The notes below the pieces were generated by a model that had not been told where the DNA came from, ran no database searches, and saw nothing but the letters and a program-made list of their open reading frames with translations. Both the position numbers and the translations under genes were made by a program. From NCBI GenBank assembly GCA_051362555.1, contig CM120644.1, forward strand, positions 25,318,534-25,382,533: a stretch of DNA of 64,000 nt, written 5' to 3'. Below, one piece after another: positions 47,091-61,700 of the stretch. The first letter of the stretch is position 1; each line of letters starts with the position of its first letter. This stretch comes from Lingula anatina. Taxonomy: Eukaryota > Animalia > Brachiopoda.

Positions 47091-50000
47091 CTGGAAACAT
47101 GGGATACAGAATATTATACATTAACCCTAACACAGTACAATACAACCCTGGAAACATGGGATACAGAATATTACACATTAACCCTAACACAGTACAATAC
47201 AACCCTGGAAACATGGGACACAGAATATTACACATTAACCCTAACACAGTACAATACAACCCTGGAAACATGGGACACAGAATATTATACATTAACCCTA
47301 ACACAGTACAATACAACCCTGGAAACATGGCACACAGAATATTATACATTAACCCTAACACAGTAGGATACAACCCTGGAAACATGGCACACAGAATATT
47401 ATACATTAACCCTAACACAGTACAATACAACCCTGGAAACATGGGACACAGAATATTACACATTAACCCTAACACAGTACAATACAACCCTGGAAACATG
47501 GGACACAGAATATTACACATTAACCCTAACACAGTACAATACAACCCTGGAAACATGGCACACAGAATATTATACATTAACCCTAACACAGTAGGATACA
47601 ACCCTGGAAACATGGCACACAGAATATTATACATTAACCCTAACACAGTAGGATACAACCCTGGAAACATGGCACACAGAATATTATACATTAACTCTAA
47701 CACAGTAGGATACAACCCTGGAAACATGGGACACAGAATATTATACATTAACCCTAACACAGTACGATACAACCCTGGAAACATGGGACACAGAATATTA
47801 TACATTAACCCTAACACAGTACGATACAACCCTGGAAACATGGGACACAGAATATCATACATTAACCCTAACACAGTACAATACAACCCTGGAAACATGG
47901 GACACAGAATATCATACATTAACCCTAACACAGTACAATACAACCCTGGAAACATGGGACACAGAATATCATACATTAACCCTAACACAGTACAATACAA
48001 CCCTGGAAACATGGGACACAGAATATTATACATTAACCCTAACACAGTACAATACAACCCTGGAAACATGGGACACAGAATATCATACATTAACCCTAAC
48101 ACAGTACAATACAACCCTGGAAACATGGGACACAGAATATCATACATTAACCCTAACACAGTACAATACAACCCTGGAAACATGGGACACAGAATATTAT
48201 ACATTAACCCTAACACAGTACGATACAACCCTGGAAACATGGGACACAGAATATTATACATTAACCCTAACACAGTACGATACAACCCTGGAAACATGGG
48301 ACACAGAATATTACACATTAACCCTAACACAGTACGATACAACCCTGGAAACATGGGACACAGAATATTACACATTAACCCTAACACAGTACAATACAAC
48401 CCTGGAAACATGGGACACAGAATATTACACATTAACCCTAACACAGTACAATACAACCCTGGAAACATGGGACACAGAATATTACACATTAACCCTAACA
48501 CAGTACAATACAACCCTGGAAACATGGGACACAGAATATTACACATTAACCCTAACACAGTACAATACAACCCTGGAAACATGGGACACAGAATATTACA
48601 CATTAACCCTAACACAGTACAATACAACCCTGGAAACATGGGACACAGAATATTATACATTAACCCTAACACAGTACAATACAACCTTGGAAACATGGGA
48701 CACAGAATATTATACATTAACCCTAACACAGTACGATACAACCCTGGAAACATGGGACACAGAATATTACACATTAACCCTAACACAGTAGGATACAACC
48801 CTGGAAACATGGGACACAGAATATTATACATTAACCCTAACACAGTAGGATACAACCCTGGAAACATGGGACACAGAATATTATACATTAACCCTAACAC
48901 AGTACGATACAACCCTGGAAACATGGGACACAGAATATTATACATTAACCCTAACACAGTACGATACAACCCTGGAAACATGGGACACAGAATATTATAC
49001 ATTAACCCTAACACAGTACGATACAACCCTGGAAACATGGGACACAGAATATTATACATTAACCCTAACACAGTACGATACAACCCTGGAAACATGGGAC
49101 ACAGAATATTATACATTAACCCTAACACAGTACGATACAACCCTGGAAACATGGGACACAGAATATTATACATTAACCCTAACACAGTACGATACAACCC
49201 TGGAAACATGGGACACAGAATATTATACATTACCCCTAACACAGTACGATACAACCCTGGAAACATGGGACACAGAATATTATACATTAAGCCTAACACA
49301 GTACAATACAACCCTGGAAACATGGTACACAGAATATTATACATTAACCCTAACACAGTACAATACAACCCTGGAAACATGGTACACAGAATATTATACA
49401 TTAACCCTAACACAGTACAATACAACCCTGGAAACATGGGACACAGAATATCATACATTAACCCTAACACAGTACAATACAACCCTGGAAACATGGGACA
49501 CAGAATATCATACATTAACCCTAACACAGTACAATACAACCCTGGAAACATGGGACACAGAATATCATACATTAACCCTAACACAGTACAATACAACCCT
49601 GGAAACATGGTACACAGAATATTATACATTAACCCTAACACAGTACAATACAACCCTGGAAACATGGTACACAGAATATTATACATTAACCCTAACACAG
49701 TACAATACAACCCTGGAAACATGGTACACAGAATATTATACATTAACCCTAACACAGTACAATACAACCCTGGAAACATGGGACACAGAATATTATACAT
49801 TAACCCTAACACAGTACAATACAACCCTGGAAACATGGGACACAGAATATTATACATTAACCCTAACACAGTACAATACAACCCTGGAAACATGGGACAC
49901 AGAATATTATACATTAACCCTAACACAGTACAATACAACCCTGGAAACATGGGACACAGAATATCATACATTAACCCTAACACAGTACAATACAACCCTG

Positions 50001-53000
50001 GAAACATGGGATACAGAATATTATACATTAACCCTAACACAGTACAATACAACCCTGGAAACATGGGATACAGAATATTATACATTAACCCTAACACAGT
50101 ACAATACAACCCTGGAAACATGGGACACAGAATATTATACATTAACCCTAACACAGTACAATACAACCCTGGAAACATGGGATACAGAATATTATACATT
50201 AACCCTAACACAGTACAATACAACCCTGGAAACATGGGATAGAGAAATATATGTTATAGGTTTATGAAAAACAACGCAGTACTTCTGTGAAATCTGGGCA
50301 TGAGTGAAGATGTAATTTAGGAATACTACTAAGAAAACGTGTTCTGCAAATTTGATGTCATTTTGGGAACAATCAAGTGTTTGTTTTTAATGATGTTATA
50401 AGAGTCTTTCACTAACCTGACCTCCTGATACCAATAGATTACTGGTCAACATGGAGAGAGCGTTACAGCAGGCAGATTCCTGAAATCAATACACAATGAT
50501 ATCACTTTTGTGAGGGAAAAAAAATAATAATAATCACATATTGAACAAAAGTGAAAGTCAATAAATATTTTAATATTTGATATGTTTTATTATCTTTCAA
50601 ATGTTATTTTAATCTGAACATCAATGCCGTCCAAGATGAAAAGTTCCAACCTTGCTGAAATCTGCCAAATTGTTTGCCGACTGTTGACACAATTCCTCTG
50701 CTCTGATTGGTCAAAAACTAGGAGTTACAAGAGTGATTTATGTTTAGTGTTGACACCAGGAGTAGTTTTATCAAAGCTCATATTTCCACAAGGTCTTTAT
50801 GTTAATTTCATATAACACTGACTCATTAGCCTCTTCATATGTCCACCAGTAACTTACCATCTGTACATAATGTAACAAGTGTCCTCCACATCTCTCCCAT
50901 ATACACAATATATCATCATATGTCTGTGTTTATATAACTATATGTCTACCAGTAACTTACCATCTGTACATAATATAACAAGTGTCCTCCACATCTCTAT
51001 CATATACACAATATATCATCATATGTCTGTGTTTATATATGTCTACCAGTAACTTACCATCTGTACATAATATAACAAGTGTCCTCCACATCTCTCCCAT
51101 ATACACAATATATCATCATATGTCTGTGTTTATATAACTATATGTCTACCAGTAACTTACCATCTGTACATAATGTAACAGGTGTCCTCCACATCTCTCC
51201 CATATACACAGTATATCATCCATGCCAGTGCTGACCACATAGACAGGGGTACAGACCAGAGAGGTCACTGTGGCTTGGTGGAACAGCAGTTTGTGTACAC
51301 AGGCCCCAGTCAGCAGATCCCACAGCCGCACTGAACAGTCTTCTGAGCCACTGGCGGCAGCTAGAGGAGCACCCTGAGAATCACAGAGATGTTATATTAA
51401 TGAAATCACTGGCGGCAGCTAGAGGAGCACCCTGAGAATCACAGAGATGTTATATTAATGAAATCACTGGCGGCAGCTAGAGGAGCACCCTGAGAATCAC
51501 AGAGATGTTATATTAATGAAATCACTGGCTGCAGCTAGAGGAGCACCCTGAGAATCACAGAGATGTTATATTAATGAAATCACTGGCTGCAGCTAGAGGA
51601 GCACCCTGAGAATCACAGAGATGTTATATTAATGAAATCACTGGCGGCAGCTAGAGGAGCACCCTGAGAATCACAGAGATGTTATATTAATTAAATCACT
51701 GGCGGCAGCTAGTGGAGCACCCTGAGAATCACAGAGATGTTATATTAATTAAATCACTGGCTGCAGCTAGAGGAACACCCTGAGAATCACAGATATGTTA
51801 TATTAATGAAATCACTGGCGGCAGCTAGAGGAGCACCATGAGAATCACAGATATGTTATATTAATGAAATCACTGGCGGCAGCTAGAGGAGCACCCTGAG
51901 AATCACAGAGATGTTATATTAATTAAATCACTGGCTGCAGCTAGAGGAACACCCTGAGAATCACAGATATGTTATATTAATGAAATCACTGGCGGCAGCT
52001 AGAGGAGCACCATGAGAATCACAGATATGTTATATTAATGAAATCACTGGCGGCAGCTAGAGGAGCACCCTGAGAATCACAGAGATGTTATATTAATTAA
52101 ATCTGCCAACCACAAATATAATATTACGTAACAAGTAAGAATGATATTACAGCAGTAAAGTCTGATGAACTTTTAACACAACAGATGGTGGAACACATCT
52201 GATGTTTTCAAACTGATTTCAAATTAATTAATAAACAAACAGTGATACAATTTAAAATGCAGATTTTATTATAAACCACTTACTTCAAACAAATGAATAA
52301 AGAAACAGAGAAACAATTTAAAGTGCAAGTATAATTATATGTAGTTACAGCTAGAAGGAAGCAATCCCATACCTTATCCAGGAATAGAGCAGTCACACTG
52401 GCTGTATGTCCATGTAATGTATATAAACACAAAGAGTCTTCTATCCTGTAGACCTGTAATAGGAAGAATACACAGTTATAACAGAATAGAGCAGTCACAC
52501 TGGCTGTATGTCCATGTAATGTATATAAACACAAAGAGTCTTCTATCCTGTAGACCTGTAATAGGAAGAATACACAGTTATAACAGAATAGAGCAGTCAC
52601 ACTGGCTGTATGTCCATGTAATGTATATAAACACAAAGAGTCTTCTATCCTGTAGACCTGTAATAGGAAGAATACACAGTTATAACAGAATAGAGCAGTC
52701 ACACTGGCTGTATGTCCATGTAATGTATATAAACACAAAGAGTCTTCTATCCTGTAGACCTGTAATAGGAAGAACACACAGTTATAACAGAATAGAGCAG
52801 TCACACTGGCTGTATGTCCATGTAATGTATATAAACACAAAGAGTCTTCTATCCTGTACACCTGTAATAGGAAGAACACACAGTTATAGTTGCAACAAAT
52901 GTCAGAAATAACTGAAGGGCAGTTTTCTCATTTACATATTTATCTAAAATGAACTGCAATTGTCTGTCACTTAATGCTCAGTGCCAGCAGATAACTGGTA

Positions 53001-56000
53001 ATTCTCACTGTTGGACTCGTCTGTTTTGTACCTTTAATGTCTGATCTTGACTGGCAGTTACGACACGCCCCCCTGCCATCTCCAGGATGTTGATTGGCTG
53101 TTGATGTGCCGTTACCGTGACAATATGTGAACAGTGTATGATGTCATCCCATGGTTTCATCTCTGTGTTGGCCATAGTGGAACCTAGCTGTCTGCTGGCT
53201 GCACGGTGAGATAAACCTGAAGTTAGCACATAGCTACAGAATAATGGCTGGGTAAAGCCAATAATAAGATGCTCTCATTAAAATGTAGCCAAGGGCTGTT
53301 TCATATCAAGAGCACAGGTAGACAATTATCTTGTGAACCTGTGACCTCTCCACTCACATACACTGTTCATAGTCATTCAGTCACCACTCCTCATAGGAGC
53401 TAGACAGGACTTCTATATCTGAGGTTAATTTGACTTTATTTGTTTCAATCTGTTTATATGTTTATATCATTATTTGTTAGTTCTTTTAATTTTCTGTTCA
53501 ATCTGTTTGTACAATATAATTATTTATATTTTCAGTCAACATTGGTTCCAGTGAATAAAACTGGAAAAACCAATAGTATCGTAGTTAATAACTGACCATC
53601 GAGATAGACCTGAAGTCATCACACTTCATTAGAAAGATGAAAAATACTGTAACACCTTGAATGAGCAAGACTGTTGCCACCTTTTTAACAAATCAATGTT
53701 AATGCAGGTCATAAAATACAGGAACAACACTAAGATTCACAATCCTGATACTGACCCCTGTTGTGGAGTACGGAAGGCGGAGTGGTCGAGGAGGGGACAA
53801 CGGGAGAATGCGTGTATGTTTCCAACTCCAAGAAATCTAGAGTACCATCCAGTCTGGCCGCTATCACTCTGGGAAATAAAAGGAACAAAAATTCACGTAA
53901 AAATGTCAAAGCCAGTTGGCTCATCTTGCTTCATAAAAGTGGATTTAAACACAGTTCTGTTGCATGGAACACAGAGAAGGCAGTGAACATATGTCCTAGT
54001 TAATTAACTACCTGTTACTGGTTTACTTAAGGCCTCCTGCTAATTCTGGCACAATTCTGAGTTCCAAGTTGTATTTTTTAAAGTATTCACAACAACAACA
54101 CATTCCTCTCCCTTCATAAAGCACTCCCAGACTTGATGTGTAGACAGACATCCACCTGGAGGACACAGCAACACACTGGTGGCAGCGGTGGGATACTTAC
54201 TTCTTTCCCTGGAAACATATCCCAGTAACACCAGACCTGCTATCTTCATATAGACACTTCAGGCTGCCTGACAATACATCCCAGATACTTACTTCTTTCC
54301 TTGGAAACATATCCCAGTAACACCAGACCTGCTACCTTTATATAGACACTTTATACTACCTGACAATACATCCCAGATACTTACTTCTTTCCCTGGAAAC
54401 ATATCCCAGTAACACCAGACCTGCTGCCTTCATACAGACACTTCAGGCTGCCTGACAATACATCCCAGATACTTACTTCTTTCCTTGGAAACATATCCCA
54501 GTAACACCAGACCTGCTGCCTTCATACAGACACTTCAGGCTGCCTGACAATACATCCCAGATACTTACTTCTTTCCCTGGAAACATATCCCAGTAACACC
54601 AGACCTGCTGCCTTCATACAGACACTTCAGGCTGCCTGACAATACACCCCAGATACTTACTTCTTTCCCTGGAAACATATCCCAGTAACACCAGACCTGC
54701 TACCTTCATACAGACACTTCAGGCTGCCTGACAATACATCCCAGATACTTACTTCTTTCCCTGGAAACATATCCCAGTAACACCAGACCTGCTACCTTCA
54801 TATAGACACTTCAGGCTGCCTGACAGCGCATCCCAGAACTAGAACAAAACACATGGACTTTATGTCAGAAAGATATCTCAGATTTAGACTGTGTATGTTA
54901 CTAAAGCTGTTCTGCAAAGCTTTGAATTCAGTACCTGATGCTGAAGCCACTGAATTTTTTAAAATGCTCTCAGAAACTAATAAAACATTCAATTGTACAT
55001 TAAACAAAAACTGAAAATTGAAATATTTCAACTGCAGGCACACCCTCCACTCTGTCCACATTTACCTCTATTTTGCCATTTCCACAACCAGCTACAATCA
55101 AGTTGTCCTGTGACTCCAGACACCAGATGGCAGGAGCTGACCCTCTCACAGCAAGACAGTCTGGTGTCACAGCCTCTACTGGGCCATCATTGGTGCCTAA
55201 ACTTCTACTTCTGTACCTCCCCTGATCTCCAGGGCGCTGTGTCGTGGCCTCCATGTCTCCCAGAGATCTCCTGTGCTGCTCCTTCATCTGTTCGTACCTC
55301 CTGCTCTCCACCTGCAGCTGCTGGTGCTCTCGGTAATACGGGGAAAACTTGGAGGCAAAGTCATAGCCAGGAGCAATGGACGCAATGCTGCCTGGGGACT
55401 GGGGATTGGGGCTGTCTTGTTTAGATCTTCTGTTTAGAAGACTTGAAAAGTTAGTGTCAATGGTTCCTGTAAGATCAGGAATGCTGGTAAACCTGTCCTG
55501 TCTGCGGTGGATGACAAACTGGGTGGAAACGGGGTCTTGTGCCACTGGTTTGTGACCATCTCGTCTTTTCACAATGTCAGATGGTTCTGGTTTTAGCAGT
55601 GGTGCCTCATGGTACTCGGCATATAAGTCCATGTCGCTGTCATTGATGTTTCTACCTGGTATAGGAGTGCGATCGTCAGGGGGAGTTATCCTGGAAAAGT
55701 GTGCCCAACACATTATGTTTAACTTTTGTTTCTATTTTAGTATAAACATTTGTCTCACAGGTAGTACACGTATTTATGGCTTGCAAGTGAGACGCAAGTT
55801 CAGTTATTGTACAGTATGAAGCGCCAGTTGTGGGGTATGTAAATAAAACAGTGAAGCAGTTTCTGGGTATGACTCACCATTTTCTGTGTATGACAGTGAG
55901 GCACTCGCCAGAGGTGGTGTCCCAGACACGTAACTGTCCCCCCAGACAGCAACTGATGAGCAGGGGGCCGTCTGTCACCATACACTCTATCTCCTGAAAT

Positions 56001-58677
56001 CAACAGTTCTCCGTCAATAATGTCTACATATTTGTAATTTAATGGAAGAACAATCATTCTGATAAGGTGAGTGGCTGACTCAAATTGTAACCAGGAGAGG
56101 AAATAAAAATTCTGATTAAAGTATTATTAGTACTAGTAAGTACACTTTCTGTACCTGGTTATGGCCTATCAGCCTCAGTGGCAGTGCCTCTTTGATCATC
56201 TTAAAGTAAGGGCTTGCCTTGGTTCTCTTCTTTGACTTACTCCAAGAACTTCTCCACTTGGCATAGTTCCTAGAACACACACATCTGAAACACAGACAGC
56301 ATGGAGAAATTATATAGGAATAATAAGATAAAAGTATGAACAGACATATTAGTACATGCTTTTATTGCAAGTGCTTATAACTTTGACACATCACTAAGAC
56401 TTACTTTGATGATGTTATCAGAAGATGAGGAATTTTATGAATTGATACAACCTGATGCTTTCTTTTATTAGATAGTATCATTTGAAAATGGCTTAAAGTC
56501 CAACATATCTTCAACACATCTTACCTGTACAATATCATCATGAAGTAGATACCTACCTGTACAATATCATCATGAAGTAGATACCTACCTGTATAATATC
56601 ATCATGAAGTAGATACCTACCTGTATAATATCATCATGAAGTAGATACCTACCTGTATAATATCATCATGAAGTAGATACCTACCTGTACAATATCATCA
56701 TGAAGTAGATACCTACCTGTATAATATCATCATGAAGTAGATACCTACCTGTACAATATCATCATGAAGTAGATACCTACCTGTACAATATCATCATGAA
56801 GTAGATACCTACCTGTACAATATCATCATGAAGTAGATACCTACCTGTACAATATCATCATGAAGTAGATACCTACCTGTACAATATCATCATGAAGTAG
56901 ATACCTACCTGTACAATATCATCATGAAGTAGATACCTACCTGTATAATATCATCATGAAGTAGATACCTACCTGTACAATATCATCATGAAGTAGATAC
57001 CTACCTGTATAATATCATCATGAAGTAGATACCTACCTGTATAATATCATCATGAAGTAGATACCCAGGAAGACACTCATGACACCCAGGATGACTGTAA
57101 TCACCAGTTCTCTGGTAGAGTGAGCATATAGTGGCAGGGGCCCCTGCACATGACTCTGAGGAACCAAGTTCTCTCCATTGAAGTACGTCTTGGCCTTAAT
57201 GAGGCGCTCCTCCATCTCTTCCTGCTCCTTGGGGTGACGCATCCGTATGGCAGCCTCGGGATCAGCCACAATGGACAGATGGACGGAGGGAAGAATGCTC
57301 ACATAACTGAATGTATCAATGTGAGTATATGAATTCAAAATTAAAAATAATAATTAACAATGTTATTAAGATATCACGGCAACAACTAAGGTTTACACTG
57401 TTTTCTTTGTCTTACTAGATGTAGCATGTATATTGAACAGAAATATCATTCTGTTTAAAATAGAAGATTGAGTTCCACCCCTACTTATATTAATATAATT
57501 CTATTCAAGATGGAGGACTGAAGTTACCTTCCAGATGTACTTATGTTATACATCTCCAGCAGAGAGGGCCAGTGTTGGTACGATAACTTCCGCCACATCT
57601 GGCCATCAGAGTGAACTAACTGGGACGCCACCTGGCTACCTCCAACTTCAAAAGAGCTCTCCTTCATTCCCCTTGTGGAGTAGTCACCAGGGTCATCTGT
57701 GTAGGCATGATAGTCAACCTCACGCCCGATAAATTTCTCCACATTTTGAGGCAGACTGTAACTCTGACCTTGACTGTGACCTTGACCTGGAAAGGTGCTG
57801 GCGTTGTGTTTGACAAGGTGTTCTACGAGTCCACTCTTGTACACTATCAATGCTATCCAGATCACTGTGCTGACCTACAACACACAAAGATACAGATCCA
57901 TAGCAAAACTTTCTAAGTCAAGTTGTTATACATTAGGCGAAGCATTTTTCCATGATAACAATGCCTGTACCAGTCTAAATACCATGATAACTCTCTGTAC
58001 CAAACTAACACAATATCTGTACCAGTCTACATACCATGATAACTCTCTGTACCAAACTAACACAATATCTGTACCAGTCTACATACCATGATAACTCTCT
58101 GTACCAAACTAACACAATATCTGTACCAGTCTACATACCATGATAACTCTCTGTACCAAACTAACACAATATCTGTACCAGTCTACATACCATGATAACT
58201 CTCTGTACCAAACTAACACAATATCTGTACCAGTCTACATACCATGATAACTCTCTGTACCAAACTAACACAATATCTGTACCAGTCTACATACCATGAT
58301 AACTCTCTGTACCAAACTAACACAATATCTGTACCAGTCTACATACCATGATAACTCTCTGTACCACCCTGGTTCTTGCCCAGAAGTAAATAAGGCGTAT
58401 CCTGCGTGGCAGATCACTGTCTGGGTCTGTATACATATAGATAAACTCGTCCTGGCCGTAGGGGGATGGCGGTGGTGTGGGGGGACGGCCAATACTTCTC
58501 TGTGGGGTGTGGAAGGCAGGGGCTGATGTAGACTTGGGGAGACTAGAATGTGATCTTGTGGGCTGAAGTGAAAACAAGCATTATTTCATTCTCATTATCT
58601 CTGAATTTCTACAATGAATATATTTTTCTTTAAAATTTTAGGTTTCCTGATAAATACTGAATGAGTTGACAAAACAG

Positions 58678-58716
<39 letters not shown>

Positions 58717-61700
58717 CGTACAGGTGCCAAAGCCAATATGTGTGTATGTGTGTGTGCAAGAGCCAGTGTGCGTGTGTGCGTGTGTGTGTGTGTGTGTGTT
58801 ATGGGGATGAGTGTGCAGGGATCATGGAGGGATAAGCTAACCTGCTGCATCAACTGAGGTCCTTTAAAACAGTCCATCACAGGGCAGTGAAGTAACATCC
58901 CTGGGGCTGGGCTGGGCGTGGCACTGGGCGTGACACTGGGCGTGGTTCGCTCCTTGGGGCTCATCTGCAAGTGCTGCTTGTGGAGGTCATTCAGCTGAAA
59001 GAACAATAGTAGCCATGGTTACCTGTGACAACAAAACCTGTAACCATGGTAATCCTTGGCATCAAAATGTGATGATATACACTTCAGGGTCTGAGAGTGA
59101 AATTGTGTTACATCTGCCAAGATCCTAAAAGCTACTATTTATGTAATGTATTCGTAGAGACCCTTAAAGATCACGATAAGGTACTTGCCAAGTGATCATG
59201 GAAGGAAGCTGTGTAAGAATTTAGCTAGAATTTACAAAGAATTTGTATAGAAATTCTGCAGCTGTTTTACTTTGAAAAGTTACAAATAAAAATAATGTTT
59301 ATATCTGAGTGTTTTATTAGTAAATGTTAAGATAGCTCAGTGGATATATCTAGAGGTGGTTTAATGTATACTACATTAATGTTAAGACAGCTCAGTGGAT
59401 ATATCTAGAGGTGGTTTAATGTACACTACATTAATGTTAAGACAGCTCAGTAGATATATCTAGAGGTGGTTTAATGTATACTACATTAATGTTAAGACAG
59501 CTCAGTAGATATATCTAGAGGTGGTTTAGTGTATACTACATTAATGTTAAGACAGCTCAGTGGATATATCTAGAGGTGGTTTAATGTATACTACATTAAT
59601 GTTAAGACAGCTCAGTAGATATATCTAGAGGTGGTTTAATGTATACTACACAAAGCACACTGTACCTCCATTCTGCGGATATCAATGGACAAGACGGTAA
59701 CAAAGAACCCCATCTGGAGGAAGAAATCTGTGAACAGACCAACCACAGCAAACAGACAGAACTCCTGGATGGCAGGGATGAAGGTGAAGAAACCTCCCAC
59801 CACGATCAGTAACTCCAGACAGAAGTTCTTGGTGATGGACCAGCTCTCTTTACTAAGACCTGGAACATATGGAAAATGGCAGTTTAATATCAAGGATTCA
59901 CAATTCTTGGAGCTTTCTTTAGGTCTCTTTATGTCTTTCTTTCTTTCATTCATTCATTTTTCCAAGTTCCACCATTATACAAAAACAAAAGATTCCTATA
60001 ACAATAATCTCTTTCCAGACAAACATGATCATAAATGATCTTAAACAATACATAAAGAACCAGTCAGCTTGCCGAGGGCAGTTCTATTTTCTCCCTTTCC
60101 TTACTTACTTACTTTCTTTCTTTCTATTACCCCCCCACACACACACACACACACAAGTCCCATCAGTACACAACATAAGATTCATGTAGAGACAAGCACA
60201 ATCATTGTGTACTGTATAGTTCTGTTCGATGCAGTTAAATCACACAAAGGGAATATAGAAATGTGATTTTTGTGATGATAAAATTAATCATCTGCAAGTT
60301 GGATAATTTTGTCCATTGGAAAGATTGAGACAATACATCCTATCCTCATGATCCACTCCATGGAGGGCAGAGTACCTACCTTGAGCCACGCGTATCTTGA
60401 CATCCAGATCTATAGGAGTGGAGACCACAGACTTGGTGAGTACGAGGACATTTTCCAGGCCTATCACCACCACCAGGTATGGGAAGATTTCTCTGAAAGT
60501 CAGGAAAACAAGGAAATCATAATTTGTGTCACTGGATAACATTTTGTAGTCCATCATGAACATGTCTTTAAATGTTCTCAAAATAAGTATACAGCATAAG
60601 AAGTACAAATTTTGAGAAACTTTCAAGAAATACTTACACCATTGTTGATTCTTATATTCAATGAAAGAAACTAACCCTCTGTTAATACTGGGATGGAGAC
60701 CAAAGAATGTACATATGGACAGTGACATGAGTAAAGACGCCAGGACCATAGCTACAGCACTGAATGCCAGACCCCACTTGGACTTCACCATCTGAATCTT
60801 ACCTGGAATATAACAGAATAGACTTAGCTTAAGATATATCTGAATCTTACCTGGAAATGATAAAATACACTTAGCTATAAAATTTTATATCTAATTATAG
60901 TGGAGCAGACTTATGTTAAATATTTTACCTGGAATAGGGTGGAACAAACTCAGCTTTAAATTTTATACCTAATTACAGTGGAGTAGACTTAGGCTTTAAA
61001 TTTTATTCCAAATTACAGTGGAGTAGACTTAGGCTTTAAATTTTATAGCTAATTACAGTGGAGTAGACTTAGGCTTTAAATTTTATACCTAATTACAGTG
61101 GAGTAGACTTAGGCTTTAAATTTTATACCTAATTACAGTGGAGTAGACTTAGGCTTTAAATTTTATACCTAATTACAGTGGAGTTGACTTAGGCTTTAAA
61201 TTTTATACCTAATTACAGTGGAGTAGACTTAGGCTTTAAATTTTATACCTAATTACAGTGGAGTAGACTTAGGCTTTAAATTTTATACCTAATTACAGTG
61301 GAGTAGACTTAGGCTTTAAATTTTATACCTAATTACAGTGGAGTAGACTTAGGCTTTAAATTTCACACGGAAGGCTTAGATTTTAGATTCCATATTAATT
61401 ATAGAAAGACAAACCAAGTTTCTGGATTTCATATCATATTTTCAGTGGAACAGACTTAACCTTGCAAATGAAGGAAGACTCACTTACAATACTTAGATTT
61501 TTCATCACACAAACTCGGATAATTTACTCTCATTCAGTATACAAGGCAGTTTATCAATATAAGTTGCTGCAATTGTTAATTAGATTGTAATTTGGTTCTA
61601 GTATACTAAACAGAGTATGGTTGATAAACATACAAAGTACTTACACACAGAGAAGTAGAGGTATAAAAACAGCACCACATAGGCCACCACTAGAGGGATA

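Noticed and set aside
47074-50240. Telomeric repeat (TTAGGG/CCCTAA in each unit)
   Set aside because: Only one hexamer per 57-bp unit, not tandem (TTAGGG)n; most likely chance intron sequence.
47005-50242. 1076-aa (-) and 1047-aa (+) repetitive ORFs
   Set aside because: By-products of a 57-bp (multiple of 3) intronic array; neither is in the SCAP reading frame, which hits TAG in each unit.
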